64,000 nucleotides of DNA from an uncultured Candidatus Saccharibacteria bacterium. Lineage in GTDB: Bacteria > Patescibacteriota > Minisyncoccia > Phycocordibacterales > PALSA-1337. The position numbers and the translations under genes are program-made. Numbering within the stretch: position 1 is the first letter of the stretch; every line of letters begins with the position of its first letter. Below the pieces are notes generated by a model. That model searched no databases and was not told where the DNA came from. It saw only the letters and a program-made list of their open reading frames with translations. The DNA lies in assembly GCA_964357605.1 (NCBI GenBank), contig CAYHLX010000002.1, forward strand, positions 569 through 64,568, in the 5' to 3' direction. Shown here one piece after another: positions 39,734-49,430 of this stretch.

Positions 39734-40798
39734 TTATTTTATAGCATCTACTACGGCTTCCAGAGAAATTTCATTGATACAGTCAGGATAATCTTTATAA
39801 ACATGCCTCTCTGCACAAGCTTCATCATGAGAAAAAACGGTGATGGGTGCCTTTAAGCCATACTGTTCGGGAAACCACCAGTTGGGAGCTAGGCAGGTGC
39901 GTAAAACCACCAAGGACTTACCGATTTGTGCGGCCAGATGAGCTACCCCCGTATCTAGACTTATAACCCCAGAACTTTCTCTAATCAAATTCATGAGCTC
40001 CTGCAAAGTCACTTCACCGGCGATGACCTGAACAGGAAGACTCTTCGAGATCAACAAAGCTTCTTCTTTATCATTTTTACCGCCACTAATTATTATTTTG
40101 ATTTCAGGATTTCTCTCGACTAGAATAGTGAGCAACTCTCTTTTTTTATCAGGACTCATCCCCCGCCCAGCATTACCAGCAAAGAGATGGGCAATGATAA
40201 ACTTCCCGGTTTTTAGAGAAAAACGATCAAAAACTTGAGTATCTTTTACAAAGGCCATTGTTGGAACCGGCTTAGACACCGGAACTCCCGCCACCTTCAG
40301 AACTTCACGTTCATGCCAAGCCACTGCTTGGTCAGATCGCACAGGTAGGATCATAGAAAAGAGTAACTTATTCCAAACCGAAATATCACTAAACCCAATC
40401 AGTGCACCGCGACGGGCTAGAAGTCGCGCCACAAGTTTGCTCGCTAGACCAAACTTCCCTCCACGTTTACCAGAATACTGTGTCACGACCAGATCACTAC
40501 CACGATACTCTCTCCACAACTTCATCACCACACGTGGGTTTCGGCGATTCGCCTCAATCACTTCTATCCACGGATAAGCCGCAAATAGATCCTTGATCAT
40601 TCCTCCACGGCTAGCAACTACGATAGCGCAACGGGCCTCTGGAAATTCTGCGTGAATATTCTCCAACAAATATTTTGCCATCAGACAATCACCAATTGAA
40701 GAGGCGCGAAATGTAATCGCTTTTTTTATCGTCATATTTTTTTGAGTAAACCACGAATTCTTTGCACCAAAGGATAGAGAGGAAATTTTCTCACCCAA
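39734..40798 (-). CDS. Glycosyltransferase family 9 (heptosyltransferase-like)
   Basis: FRASSIGDCLMAKYLLENI at the N-terminus, and a C-terminal LDTGVAHLAAQIGKSLVVL. The start is probably the internal Met near 40735. Confidence 0.7.
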   Translation of the reverse strand: MGEKISSLSFGAKNSWFTQKNMTIKKAITFRASSIGDCLMAKYLLENIHAEFPEARCAIVVASRGGMIKDLFAAYPWIEVIEANRRNPRVVMKLWREYRGSDLVVTQYSGKRGGKFGLASKLVARLLARRGALIGFSDISVWNKLLFSMILPVRSDQAVAWHEREVLKVAGVPVSKPVPTMAFVKDTQVFDRFSLKTGKFIIAHLFAGNAGRGMSPDKKRELLTILVERNPEIKIIISGGKNDKEEALLISKSLPVQVIAGEVTLQELMNLIRESSGVISLDTGVAHLAAQIGKSLVVLRTCLAPNWWFPEQYGLKAPITVFSHDEACAERHVYKDYPDCINEISLEAVVDAIK

Positions 40799-41616
40799 TA
40801 CTTAAACTTGCGCACATTGTCTTTCTCACTAATCTTGGCCGGATAGTGCCGTCTACGAGGTGGTAAAACTTGAATCTTTTCTATCGAGATAGGCAACTTG
40901 TGCCACAATAACTTGTCATAACCAGCAATTCTTAATGTGCCATCATAAAGCTGGAATAATTTTGTCTCGTACTGATGGTCGGTATGTAGTGTCTCTATTG
41001 AATTATCAATAATGCCAAATTTTGGAAATAGTTCTTTTAACACAAAGAAGGCGTTAATTTCATTGGCCACCACCAACTCATACCCTTTACGTTTGGCCAA
41101 TTCTACCAAAGCACGGAGAGATGAACCCTGAAAAATTTTCATATCGCGAGGTTGGATAAAAGTCACCTCATTTGGAATGGTAGGATTAAATTCTACCACC
41201 ATCACTCGCGGACGATAATCAGTGAGAGAATCCCAGAGATGATACTCGTTACCATCTATATCTAAAGAAAAAAGGTCAAAAGTTTTTGGTAAAGGCGTAC
41301 GAGAAAAAATTTTATCTAGAGAATTTTCACCTTCAAAAGAAATGAAGGCTTTTAGACAATGAGCATTTTTATGATCAATATATTCTTTTTGGAGCCTTTC
41401 AAAATAGGTCTGGTCAGCTTCGATAAGAACACCAGACCAACCACGCTCCTTTACCAGATGCCAAACATTACTACCATGAACCCCGTTCAAAGCCCCTAGA
41501 TCCACACACCATTTTGACCCTTCGCCAATAATCTCAAAGATTTTTTCTATAACCCCGTCTTCTCCATGTTCGGAGGTAATGTCATGATTATAAGAAAGTA
41601 GATTAGAATTAGACAT
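40732..41616 (-). CDS. FkbM-like methyltransferase (paralog of 37181..37828)
   Basis: SEHGEDGVIEKIFEII...VDLGALNGVHGSNVWHLVKERGWSGVLIEAD parallels the other FkbM-like protein. Confidence 0.55.
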   Translation of the reverse strand: MSNSNLLSYNHDITSEHGEDGVIEKIFEIIGEGSKWCVDLGALNGVHGSNVWHLVKERGWSGVLIEADQTYFERLQKEYIDHKNAHCLKAFISFEGENSLDKIFSRTPLPKTFDLFSLDIDGNEYHLWDSLTDYRPRVMVVEFNPTIPNEVTFIQPRDMKIFQGSSLRALVELAKRKGYELVVANEINAFFVLKELFPKFGIIDNSIETLHTDHQYETKLFQLYDGTLRIAGYDKLLWHKLPISIEKIQVLPPRRRHYPAKISEKDNVRKFKYWVRKFPLYPLVQRIRGLLKKI

Positions 41617-42760
41617 GAAGATTAGAATTAGTATGCTCAGTTATAAATCCAACAATGCGCTCCGCCCGAGCTCGCCAAGACGATCTAGTAGCTTGACGCA
41701 TAGCTGCTTCAGTCAGAGGTAGAAGCTTTTCATTCTGAGATACAGCATATTGTACCACTCGCGCCAAATCTGCCGTATTATCAGGAATATAGAAAATAGC
41801 TTCTTTTTCAGTAACTATCTCCCGTATGGCCGGCGTACTGCTCGCCACAATTGGACGACCTGTCGCTAGATATTCAAAAAGTTTCATGGGTGAAGTATAA
41901 CGATAGGATTGTATATCACGAGAAGTTCCGAGCACGAGCAATGCATCAGCAGCGGCAAACCATAAAGGCATTTCGCTGTGTGGGCGACTCCCTGCAAAAA
42001 AGAGATTTTCTGGCAAAGACTGTTTAACCAGTCTTTCAAAATCAGCTTGGGCTCCACCCACGGTCTGCCATCGGATATGGGGAGTCAGAAATGCAGTCTG
42101 AGGTAAAATCTCTAGTCCCTTCCAATCAAAGAACCGTCCGGCATAGAGAACTACGGGGATATCTTGTGGTAGTCCAAGTTTTTCTCGAGCGTCTCTTTTA
42201 TTATTTTTTGTAGAAAATTTGGAAAGATCGACTCCATTTGGCTCCACGAGATATTTTGTAGGAGAGTTTGGAAATCGGTTCTGCAATTCTTCTACGATGA
42301 TTTTATTGATAGGAATAATGCCTCTCACTTTCTTAAAAAGCATTCGTTGTAAAATAGTTTGCGGTTTTGATCCATGCATCTCGGAGAAAAGCGGAAGGCC
42401 GAGAAATGTCAAAGCTGAAGAAGAATAGTTATCCATATCAACCGTATAAAGAATAAACTTTTCTCCACTTCTTTTTCTTTTCCACAGAAAAATCAGATAA
42501 GAGATCGTAAAAGAGAAGGAAGAGAGAGGATATCCCAAGCGGCCGCCAGTGTACCAATCAAGAACAGGTAATTTGATGAGTTTAACAGGCACTCTTAAAC
42601 CATAATATTCCTGAATTGTTTGTGGTTCAGTCACTCGACGTGGTACCACAAGCGTAAGATCAATTCCTTCTTCTATAAAAGCTTCGCACATCTTGGCTAT
42701 CTGAATACCATGGGCTTTTTCCGTCGGCATACGGGCATTCGCAATGTAGTAGAGCTTCAT
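41609..42760 (-). CDS. Glycosyltransferase family 4
   Basis: A C-terminal GT4 motif region: PMKLFEYLATGRPIVASSTPAIREIV. Confidence 0.75.
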   Translation of the reverse strand: MKLYYIANARMPTEKAHGIQIAKMCEAFIEEGIDLTLVVPRRVTEPQTIQEYYGLRVPVKLIKLPVLDWYTGGRLGYPLSSFSFTISYLIFLWKRKRSGEKFILYTVDMDNYSSSALTFLGLPLFSEMHGSKPQTILQRMLFKKVRGIIPINKIIVEELQNRFPNSPTKYLVEPNGVDLSKFSTKNNKRDAREKLGLPQDIPVVLYAGRFFDWKGLEILPQTAFLTPHIRWQTVGGAQADFERLVKQSLPENLFFAGSRPHSEMPLWFAAADALLVLGTSRDIQSYRYTSPMKLFEYLATGRPIVASSTPAIREIVTEKEAIFYIPDNTADLARVVQYAVSQNEKLLPLTEAAMRQATRSSWRARAERIVGFITEHTNSNLHV

Positions 42761-42804
42761 ATAAGTGGTGTTTATTATAATGATAACCTCTCAAATTAGC
42801 TAGC

Positions 42805-42838
42805 AAAAAACCGACTGTTATGTTTCCACAACAGCCGG
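42805..42838 (-). terminator. Putative intrinsic terminator for the GC-rich gene 42862..43902 (stem ccgactgtt/aacagccgg, followed on minus strand by U6)
   Basis: A 9-bp stem with one mismatch and a 10-nt loop. The A6 run at 42805..42810 on the plus strand becomes a U-run 3' of the hairpin on the minus strand. Confidence 0.4.
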
Positions 42839-42861
42839 CTGAATTGAACCGAGGCTTACAT

Positions 42862-43902
42862 TCATGCACCAAGCGCCTTGCACATAAGCGTGATGGCCTG
42901 ACCATGCTCAGAAGACGGTACAGGGAACATCTTTTTTTGGTTTTCCAGCATGAATCCAGAATTGAACGAACCTTTGTCGATCAAGTCTGCCATGAACTCC
43001 GCTAGCTGACGAACCGAGCCAAGAAATACCGGAAAAGAGGCACGATTTTTGGTCAAATCCCACGGACCCTTGGCAATGTTTGGCTTTACGCCGCGCATCG
43101 CGATGGTCGGACAGAAGTCAATGATTGGCAGACGCAAGCAGGCTGCTCGTATCCCGATCGTTGAAGTAAACTCGACAACGAGGTCGCAACCCACCAAGAT
43201 TTCTCCGGTGTTGATACCGACATGTTTGCCGATGATTCTCACCGGACAGCCGGCGTGTTGCACCAGCTCGTCATAGAGTTTTGGGTTATGGAGATCTCCA
43301 GGGTGAAGAGCAAGGAGAATCTCCGAATCTTCCTCCCAACCAAGGCTGCGAACAGCGTCGATGGTCGCCCCAAACTGGATGATGTTTTGAGCAAGGTACT
43401 TGTCCCCAACAGATACAATTACCTTCTTTTCTCCAGAGATCTCGAGAATCCCCCTCGCTTCATTTCGCGACAGCTTGGGAAAAGCGAACTCTTCCCAGCA
43501 AGGATTGCCGGTGACCACGACTTTGGCCTTCGGAAAAAAGAACTTAGCGTCATCCGCCTCGTTCGCACTCACAGTAAACAGAGTAGCTTTGTCTGAATCC
43601 CGCGCACACTCAAAGGCTGGTAAACGATGGGCACCGAAGGTATCGGCGTAGAGCGCGAAAGGAATATTACGCTCCATGGCCTCCCGAACCGCGGCAACCT
43701 CCTCATCGGAACGTTCTGACATTCCTACCACGACCCGATCGGCAGACCTTACCGCCCCGCGCACAACATCTGCTCCACAGTTTGCTGGCTGGCCACAGAA
43801 AAGGAAATCGGAACCTTTATGCCCTAGGCTAGCAAGTCTCTGTCTCAACATATTGAGCACTTCCGACTGGGCGAAATCGCCCGCAACGAGAACAATTTTC
43901 AT
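42862..43902 (-). CDS. GC-rich hypothetical protein, GT-B-like (possible glycosyltransferase/epimerase-like), compositionally atypical
   Basis: 346 aa. It is visibly higher in GC than its flanks (runs such as ccgcggcaacctcctcatcggaacg) and has its own downstream terminator. Confidence 0.5.
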   Translation of the reverse strand: MKIVLVAGDFAQSEVLNMLRQRLASLGHKGSDFLFCGQPANCGADVVRGAVRSADRVVVGMSERSDEEVAAVREAMERNIPFALYADTFGAHRLPAFECARDSDKATLFTVSANEADDAKFFFPKAKVVVTGNPCWEEFAFPKLSRNEARGILEISGEKKVIVSVGDKYLAQNIIQFGATIDAVRSLGWEEDSEILLALHPGDLHNPKLYDELVQHAGCPVRIIGKHVGINTGEILVGCDLVVEFTSTIGIRAACLRLPIIDFCPTIAMRGVKPNIAKGPWDLTKNRASFPVFLGSVRQLAEFMADLIDKGSFNSGFMLENQKKMFPVPSSEHGQAITLMCKALGA

Positions 43903-44004
43903 CTAACACCTCCATTTTGTTTTTTCAATTGCGACCGTACCGGTTGGTACGGTTAACACGCTCAGGTCAATCTACCATTTTTATACCCATGTGTCAATAT
44001 TTAT

Positions 44005-44382
44005 TTACATTATCATTTTTGATCGCAACGTAGATGCAAGTGAGAAATCTTTGGTCTCAGTGGGAACATGAGTCAACATATTAAAACCCTGACTATCATA
44101 GCGTGGTACCAAATGCCAATGAACCTGCTTAACCTCATCCATATATATTAAATAAATTTTCTCAAGTTTCAGAACCTCAAGCAGCTTATTTCTAATTTCA
44201 TCTACTACATCCATAAGGTATTCGTAGTCTGTTCTACTTAACAGATGCAAATCAACCACTTTATCTTTCCAAACAACGACACAATGCCCTTTTGTAATCG
44301 GGTACGAAGCCAAGCAGGCGTACAGACGATCATTCTCATAAAAAATTGCTTCTGGAGGTGGTGTTGGTAGTGAGTCTTTCAT
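44005..44382 (-). CDS. HIT (histidine triad) family protein
   Basis: GHCVVVWKD...VHWHLVPRY contains the HxHxH-like triad. Confidence 0.7.
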   Translation of the reverse strand: MKDSLPTPPPEAIFYENDRLYACLASYPITKGHCVVVWKDKVVDLHLLSRTDYEYLMDVVDEIRNKLLEVLKLEKIYLIYMDEVKQVHWHLVPRYDSQGFNMLTHVPTETKDFSLASTLRSKMIM

Positions 44383-44395
44383 TGTTACATTATAA

Positions 44396-45475
44396 CTATT
44401 TAATTATCTTACGTAAATCTTCAATCACATACTTCATAAAGGCATCTATCCTAAAATATTTTACGAATGCTTCTCTAGCATTCTTTTGCATCTGTTCAAA
44501 TCTTTCTTCAGAAATATTTTTATGAAAATCAGCAATAATTTCAGGTAATTTCTTTAGATCACGAAAATCCACAATTAGAGCGAATGATGAATAATCAATC
44601 CGGTCGCTAAAAGGAAAATTTCGTTCTGTGTCTATAATCACCGGAATGCGACCTAGGGAAAGTATTTCAAAAAGACGAGCGGAATTATTGGCATCGCCCT
44701 TGATATCTAGAGCATAATCACTTTCAAGAATCGTCCTGACCATCTCTTCTTGAAGCTCTCTCATATCCCCTAGAGCAGTCTTGGGATTGGCAGAGAACGA
44801 TGAACGCTCTCGAATATTCAATTCCACCAATGATGATTTTTGTAGTGTTTTTATAGCTTTCTTACGCAAGATAACACCCTTTATACAAGCACGATATTTT
44901 TCATCAAAAATACTTCTTAATCTATTAGGTAACTCTTTTAGAAAATTACGAACAGACTGCTTCAAAGAAAGGTTTGTCCATCCGGCAAAACCGACTATCG
45001 GTTTTCCTAGAGATTTTTTACGAATGTTCAGCGCACCATTCCTACAACGCTCCAAAAGATCATCGGTAGTTAGTGGTATTTGAATTCTATTTGATTCTGG
45101 TAGAAAACTATACCCTCCATAACGCAATATATATATATTATCTTCAGCAATAGGATATTCTATATCTCCAGAACCATCAATGAGGAATGGGAGATTACGG
45201 GCACGAGCCGTACTAATACATTCAGTCAACAAATCTTTGTCAAAATTCAAAAGCCAATTATGCTTATATGGAGCAAAAACCAGATCAGCTTCTTCTATAT
45301 CAGCAGTAATTGTATAACACGAAATATCGAGGGAATAAGCATCAAACATTTGTTTGGAAAAAATAGCCGATTCCTCATACGGATTTCCCCACCACGGATT
45401 GAGAAGTGGAGTATGGAGTCCTTTACGACGCCATTCTGGATTCACGTAAAAAGTAAGTTGGTTGATTAATGTCAT
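44396..45475 (-). CDS. Exostosin (GT47)-like glycosyltransferase family protein
   Basis: The C-terminal RLFEILSLGRIPVIIDTER resembles the exostosin conserved motif R..E.L..GCIPVII. Confidence 0.5.
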   Translation of the reverse strand: MTLINQLTFYVNPEWRRKGLHTPLLNPWWGNPYEESAIFSKQMFDAYSLDISCYTITADIEEADLVFAPYKHNWLLNFDKDLLTECISTARARNLPFLIDGSGDIEYPIAEDNIYILRYGGYSFLPESNRIQIPLTTDDLLERCRNGALNIRKKSLGKPIVGFAGWTNLSLKQSVRNFLKELPNRLRSIFDEKYRACIKGVILRKKAIKTLQKSSLVELNIRERSSFSANPKTALGDMRELQEEMVRTILESDYALDIKGDANNSARLFEILSLGRIPVIIDTERNFPFSDRIDYSSFALIVDFRDLKKLPEIIADFHKNISEERFEQMQKNAREAFVKYFRIDAFMKYVIEDLRKIIK

Positions 45476-46488
45476 ATAAAAGAATTCATCAGCTCAAGTA
45501 GGGATTTGGCAAAATTTTTAGTAGTGTAGTTCGCGATTACTTTTTCCTGACCAGATACGGCCAATTGTTTACATTTTTGACTATCTCGCCACAAAGCATT
45601 TATCTCCCTAATCAAAGCTTCGGAATCGTTGGGCTTTACTATCACCAAATCTTTACCAGGAGTAAAATAATCAGCAATCCAGGAACGATGAGTAGCAATC
45701 ACTGTTTTCCCTGCGGCTAAGGCGTCCAAAATAACCGTCTGTCCCGAACAATCTGACCCTTCTGGAACCTCAGCATTTTTAGAGACCACGACGACCAACT
45801 TAGCCTTGCGATATAAATCACGAATTTCAACCAAGCTCTTATTATAAAGAATTCTGACATTTGAAGGAATGAAGGTTTCTGGTGGAATATTTTTAGGAGA
45901 AGCAACGACGATGAATTGGTAAGGTACTTGTGAGGCCGCCTTAAAAAGGGTGGCATAATCTCGACCAGCATCACGACCGACGCTCACAATGAGATTTTCT
46001 TCTGGATCTAGGCTAGTAGTTTGGAAAAATGATGCATCCACGCCAAAAGGTAGAGATACTAAATGTTTCTTGGATATTCCCAGTTTGACAAAATCATGGA
46101 GTTGCTCAAAAGATAGACAAATGATACGAGCGTAGCTAGCCCAAAGATTTTTAAGTAAAAATAGATAAAAAGGCCTTTTAGCATGACGCTTCATGAGGGT
46201 GGAAGAATTTATAGCAATATAAAACCATTTTGTCCGTAGACGAAAGATGTATGCACACCAAGAAACGATATATCCCAAGAGAAGATTGTCCTGTGCAATC
46301 ACAAAATCGTAACGCAAAAGACGCGGTAGAAATAACAAAGCCCGCATTGATTTTGGAGGTATCGTAAAATGATCGGCTCCAGTTAGGTGGTTAAGACCAT
46401 AGAGAGAAGTGTCAGCTACTTGTCCAGTCTGTAAATTGTGGATAGTGGCCTCTCGGGAATTTGTAAAAATAAAAGCTACTTTTTTCAT
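45472..46488 (-). CDS. Glycosyltransferase family 4
   Basis: A GT-B C-terminal domain (EGSDCSGQTVILDALAAGKTVIAT). It has an ATGA-type overlap with its neighbour. Confidence 0.65.
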   Translation of the reverse strand: MKKVAFIFTNSREATIHNLQTGQVADTSLYGLNHLTGADHFTIPPKSMRALLFLPRLLRYDFVIAQDNLLLGYIVSWCAYIFRLRTKWFYIAINSSTLMKRHAKRPFYLFLLKNLWASYARIICLSFEQLHDFVKLGISKKHLVSLPFGVDASFFQTTSLDPEENLIVSVGRDAGRDYATLFKAASQVPYQFIVVASPKNIPPETFIPSNVRILYNKSLVEIRDLYRKAKLVVVVSKNAEVPEGSDCSGQTVILDALAAGKTVIATHRSWIADYFTPGKDLVIVKPNDSEALIREINALWRDSQKCKQLAVSGQEKVIANYTTKNFAKSLLELMNSFI

Positions 46489-47444
46489 AACTTTTTTATA
46501 GATTTCAACAACTTAGGAATCAGATCTTTGAGGGAGTGGTGCGTGTGGATACTTGAGATCATAACTGGGGAATGATCGTGAACGATGGCTTCTGCAATAG
46601 CCTCTGGAGTCGGAAAAACTTTGACGATAGGCAAATCTGAGAGAGAGCTTGTAGAGATGACCTTAAGTCCACAAGCTAATGCCTCAAGTATTACTTTATC
46701 GAGACTACCAGTCTCACTGGTATGAATGAGGAATGACGCCTTTCTGTATTCATCTCGTAGTTGAGTCTGTGTCAGAGAATCTAGAAATTCAACTGTGGTA
46801 CCAAGTTTTTGTGCGAGCATTTTCAAATTTTCTCTTTCCGGACCATCTCCTGCGATACTCAGCTTCCATCCCGTAAGTGCCGCTGCTCGAATGGCAAGAT
46901 CATGACGCTTTACTGGCATGAGTCGTCCAACAGATAGAAGAGATTTTGGAACGACATTTGAATTTTGAGGAAAGAAAAAATCATAATCAATGCCGTGACC
47001 AACTACCTCAAGCTTCTTACTTGAAAGCCGGAAACTTTCCTTGGATGCAGTAAATATCTGATGAGTCAGTTTTTCTGCCAATCTCAACTTCCAATCGACA
47101 TTTTTATGGGTATACCAAAGTGAGATTTTCTTGCCCAACATTCTCCAAATCATTCCGCCTAAAATAACGTAGATAGGATTCATATGAACAAATACCGCCT
47201 CATAATTTTTCCTTTCTTTCCAGATGTATGAGTAAAATCTAGATAGATATTTAAGACGAGAAACACCTTCTTCTTTCCCTAGAGATAACACTTTTGTATT
47301 TTGCGACAATTCGTACGAACCTTTCTCAAGACAAATCACAGTTATAGATTCACAGTATTTAGAAAATTCAAAAATCCATCTATGAAAAAATCCAAGAATC
47401 GGATCATCTTTGGATACTTTTTGAGTAATGATTAATAATTTCAT
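46485..47444 (-). CDS. Glycosyltransferase family 4
   Basis: SETGSLDKVILEALACGLKVISTS is the GT4 E-x7-E region. Confidence 0.7.
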   Translation of the reverse strand: MKLLIITQKVSKDDPILGFFHRWIFEFSKYCESITVICLEKGSYELSQNTKVLSLGKEEGVSRLKYLSRFYSYIWKERKNYEAVFVHMNPIYVILGGMIWRMLGKKISLWYTHKNVDWKLRLAEKLTHQIFTASKESFRLSSKKLEVVGHGIDYDFFFPQNSNVVPKSLLSVGRLMPVKRHDLAIRAAALTGWKLSIAGDGPERENLKMLAQKLGTTVEFLDSLTQTQLRDEYRKASFLIHTSETGSLDKVILEALACGLKVISTSSLSDLPIVKVFPTPEAIAEAIVHDHSPVMISSIHTHHSLKDLIPKLLKSIKKL

Positions 47445-48424
47445 GAAATCATTTCTAAGAGACCAGCACTGATCTCTCTTGGATCAAAACCGACAATCCT
47501 AGCTCCAACCTCCCTAGCAATTCCCACATCCACAGAAACGATCTTGCAACCAACCGCATTGGCCTCAACAAAAGTCATGCCATATCCCTCATACAAAGAA
47601 GTGACAAGAAAACAGTCAGATGTTTTGTAATAGGAAGCCAGATCATTCTGCCACCCTTCAAAAATGACTGAATTCTCCATACCCAACACTTTGACGAGAG
47701 CTTTCAATTTACCCTCTTCGCTTCCAGACCCAACAATTACTAGTCCAGCTTGAGGTACTTTTTTCAGTACAAGTTTAAATCCCTGAATCGCTAGAGGAAT
47801 ATTTTTCTCTAGCTCCAAACGTGAAGCCATTAAAACTATCTTTGAAAATTGAGGATATTTCTGATGAAAATTAACCGTAACGGGCGTGGATTTGATTTTT
47901 TCCACATCAACAAAAATAGGTCTGACTTCAATCTTTGATGGATCAATTCGCATCGCTACATAGTCTCTAATTCTTTTTGAAACTACTCTCACCTTATCCG
48001 CCTTACCTAAAGTAAATTTAGAAATTAACATTCTAATCCTATTTAGAAAACTGAATCTCTGGAAATTGACACTCCCTAGATCAGTATGTATTTGTAATTC
48101 CAACTTCACGGGATGACGACTTTTTACCAAAGCTCCAACTAAACCTGTCTCAAACGGGTCTTGGCAAGTCACATCAGTGATCCCTCTTTTTTCTGTGATA
48201 AATCTTCCTAGTTTCAGAGCATCAAAGACATATTTCCATTTAGATGATGATCTAGTTGGATATACCCAAATATTTAAACCGAGGGTTGTTTCAGAAAAGC
48301 TTTTATCAGTAAAAACTATGATGTGCACTTCTTCGTATCCCTTAGCATATTCAATCTGACGCAGAGCTACCGCGCTCCCTTTTTCAAAAATCTTCCTGTC
48401 TGTAGAGATCGTGAGAAGTTTCAT
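47441..48424 (-). CDS. Glycosyltransferase family 4
   Basis: YEGYGMTFVEANAVGCKIVSVDVG. Confidence 0.75.
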   Translation of the reverse strand: MKLLTISTDRKIFEKGSAVALRQIEYAKGYEEVHIIVFTDKSFSETTLGLNIWVYPTRSSSKWKYVFDALKLGRFITEKRGITDVTCQDPFETGLVGALVKSRHPVKLELQIHTDLGSVNFQRFSFLNRIRMLISKFTLGKADKVRVVSKRIRDYVAMRIDPSKIEVRPIFVDVEKIKSTPVTVNFHQKYPQFSKIVLMASRLELEKNIPLAIQGFKLVLKKVPQAGLVIVGSGSEEGKLKALVKVLGMENSVIFEGWQNDLASYYKTSDCFLVTSLYEGYGMTFVEANAVGCKIVSVDVGIAREVGARIVGFDPREISAGLLEMIS

Positions 48425-49413
48425 ATCTTTTTATATATCTCTATTATCTCATGAGCTATCTCTTCCCAAGAGTGAGTAAATTTAAAGTTTTTTATTTTTT
48501 CTATCTGATTTTTATAATTTATGTCATCCAAAAGCCACTTCACCTTATTCTCTATATCTTTTTCATCTTTAGGGTCGACAATGATAGCGATAGAACCGAT
48601 ACGATCCATGATTCCATTTTCTACTGTGATTATAAATGGCTTGTTAAGCCTTATAGATTCTAAAATCATATTTGGACTAATATCACCCAAAGACACGAGA
48701 ATAGTAGCGTAACATTCTTTCATCTTACTCATGTATTCTTCTGGAGGATATGTATTTAAATCAAGCTGGGCTTCAGAAATATTTTTAAATACTTTCGGTA
48801 AAATATCTAAATTCTTCCATTTTAATTTTCTAGTGCCAGCCAAAAAGGTTTTTTCTTTCGGCAAGATATTTTCCATCTTCTCTCCATAGTAATTTTCCAT
48901 GATAAAAATCTTGTCTGATTTTAAATCATATGCTTTCACAAAAATGTCCTTTTGCCATTGAGTTGAAAAAATCAGGGCGGAAACATTTTGTAGAGTCCAA
49001 CGAGTCAGATTGAAAATATAATTTTCTTTCTTTGACCATTTTTCTTTAGTTGTCTCATAAAAATCTTTAAATAAGACCTTGTCTCCTGTCCTCTCCACAT
49101 AACCCTCCCAGAGAAAATCGCCACCAGTCCTCATGATAATCTTCTTCCTCAAAATCTTAGCGACTATTGTCGCTGGCATCCCGACACTGAAAGTGTCTAG
49201 GACAAAAATAAAATCGCAAGTTATAACCGCAGGAATGATCTTGAACAAAAAGTACAGATGCCTAATACCTGATGGCAGTTTGTGCTCAAGACGATAGGTC
49301 TTCACAATCACCTTATGTCCTTGTCTTTCCCACTCTTCTTTTAGATTTTGAGCATATTTGGCCGGACCTCCAAGCTGTGGTGGATAAATGCCTGTAGCAA
49401 TGAGAATTTTCAT
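48421..49413 (-). CDS. Glycosyltransferase (GT-B, GT4-like)
   Basis: An N-terminus typical of GT4 (MKILIATGIYPPQLGGPAKYAQNL). Confidence 0.65.
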   Translation of the reverse strand: MKILIATGIYPPQLGGPAKYAQNLKEEWERQGHKVIVKTYRLEHKLPSGIRHLYFLFKIIPAVITCDFIFVLDTFSVGMPATIVAKILRKKIIMRTGGDFLWEGYVERTGDKVLFKDFYETTKEKWSKKENYIFNLTRWTLQNVSALIFSTQWQKDIFVKAYDLKSDKIFIMENYYGEKMENILPKEKTFLAGTRKLKWKNLDILPKVFKNISEAQLDLNTYPPEEYMSKMKECYATILVSLGDISPNMILESIRLNKPFIITVENGIMDRIGSIAIIVDPKDEKDIENKVKWLLDDINYKNQIEKIKNFKFTHSWEEIAHEIIEIYKKI

Positions 49414-49430
49414 AAAAACAGTCTACCATA

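Noticed and set aside
43929-43951. Hairpin ccgtacc-ggtt-ggtacgg as a terminator for the HIT-family gene.
   Set aside because: On the minus strand it is not followed by a U-run (the T-run lies on the wrong side). It is more likely an operator-like palindrome or a coincidence.
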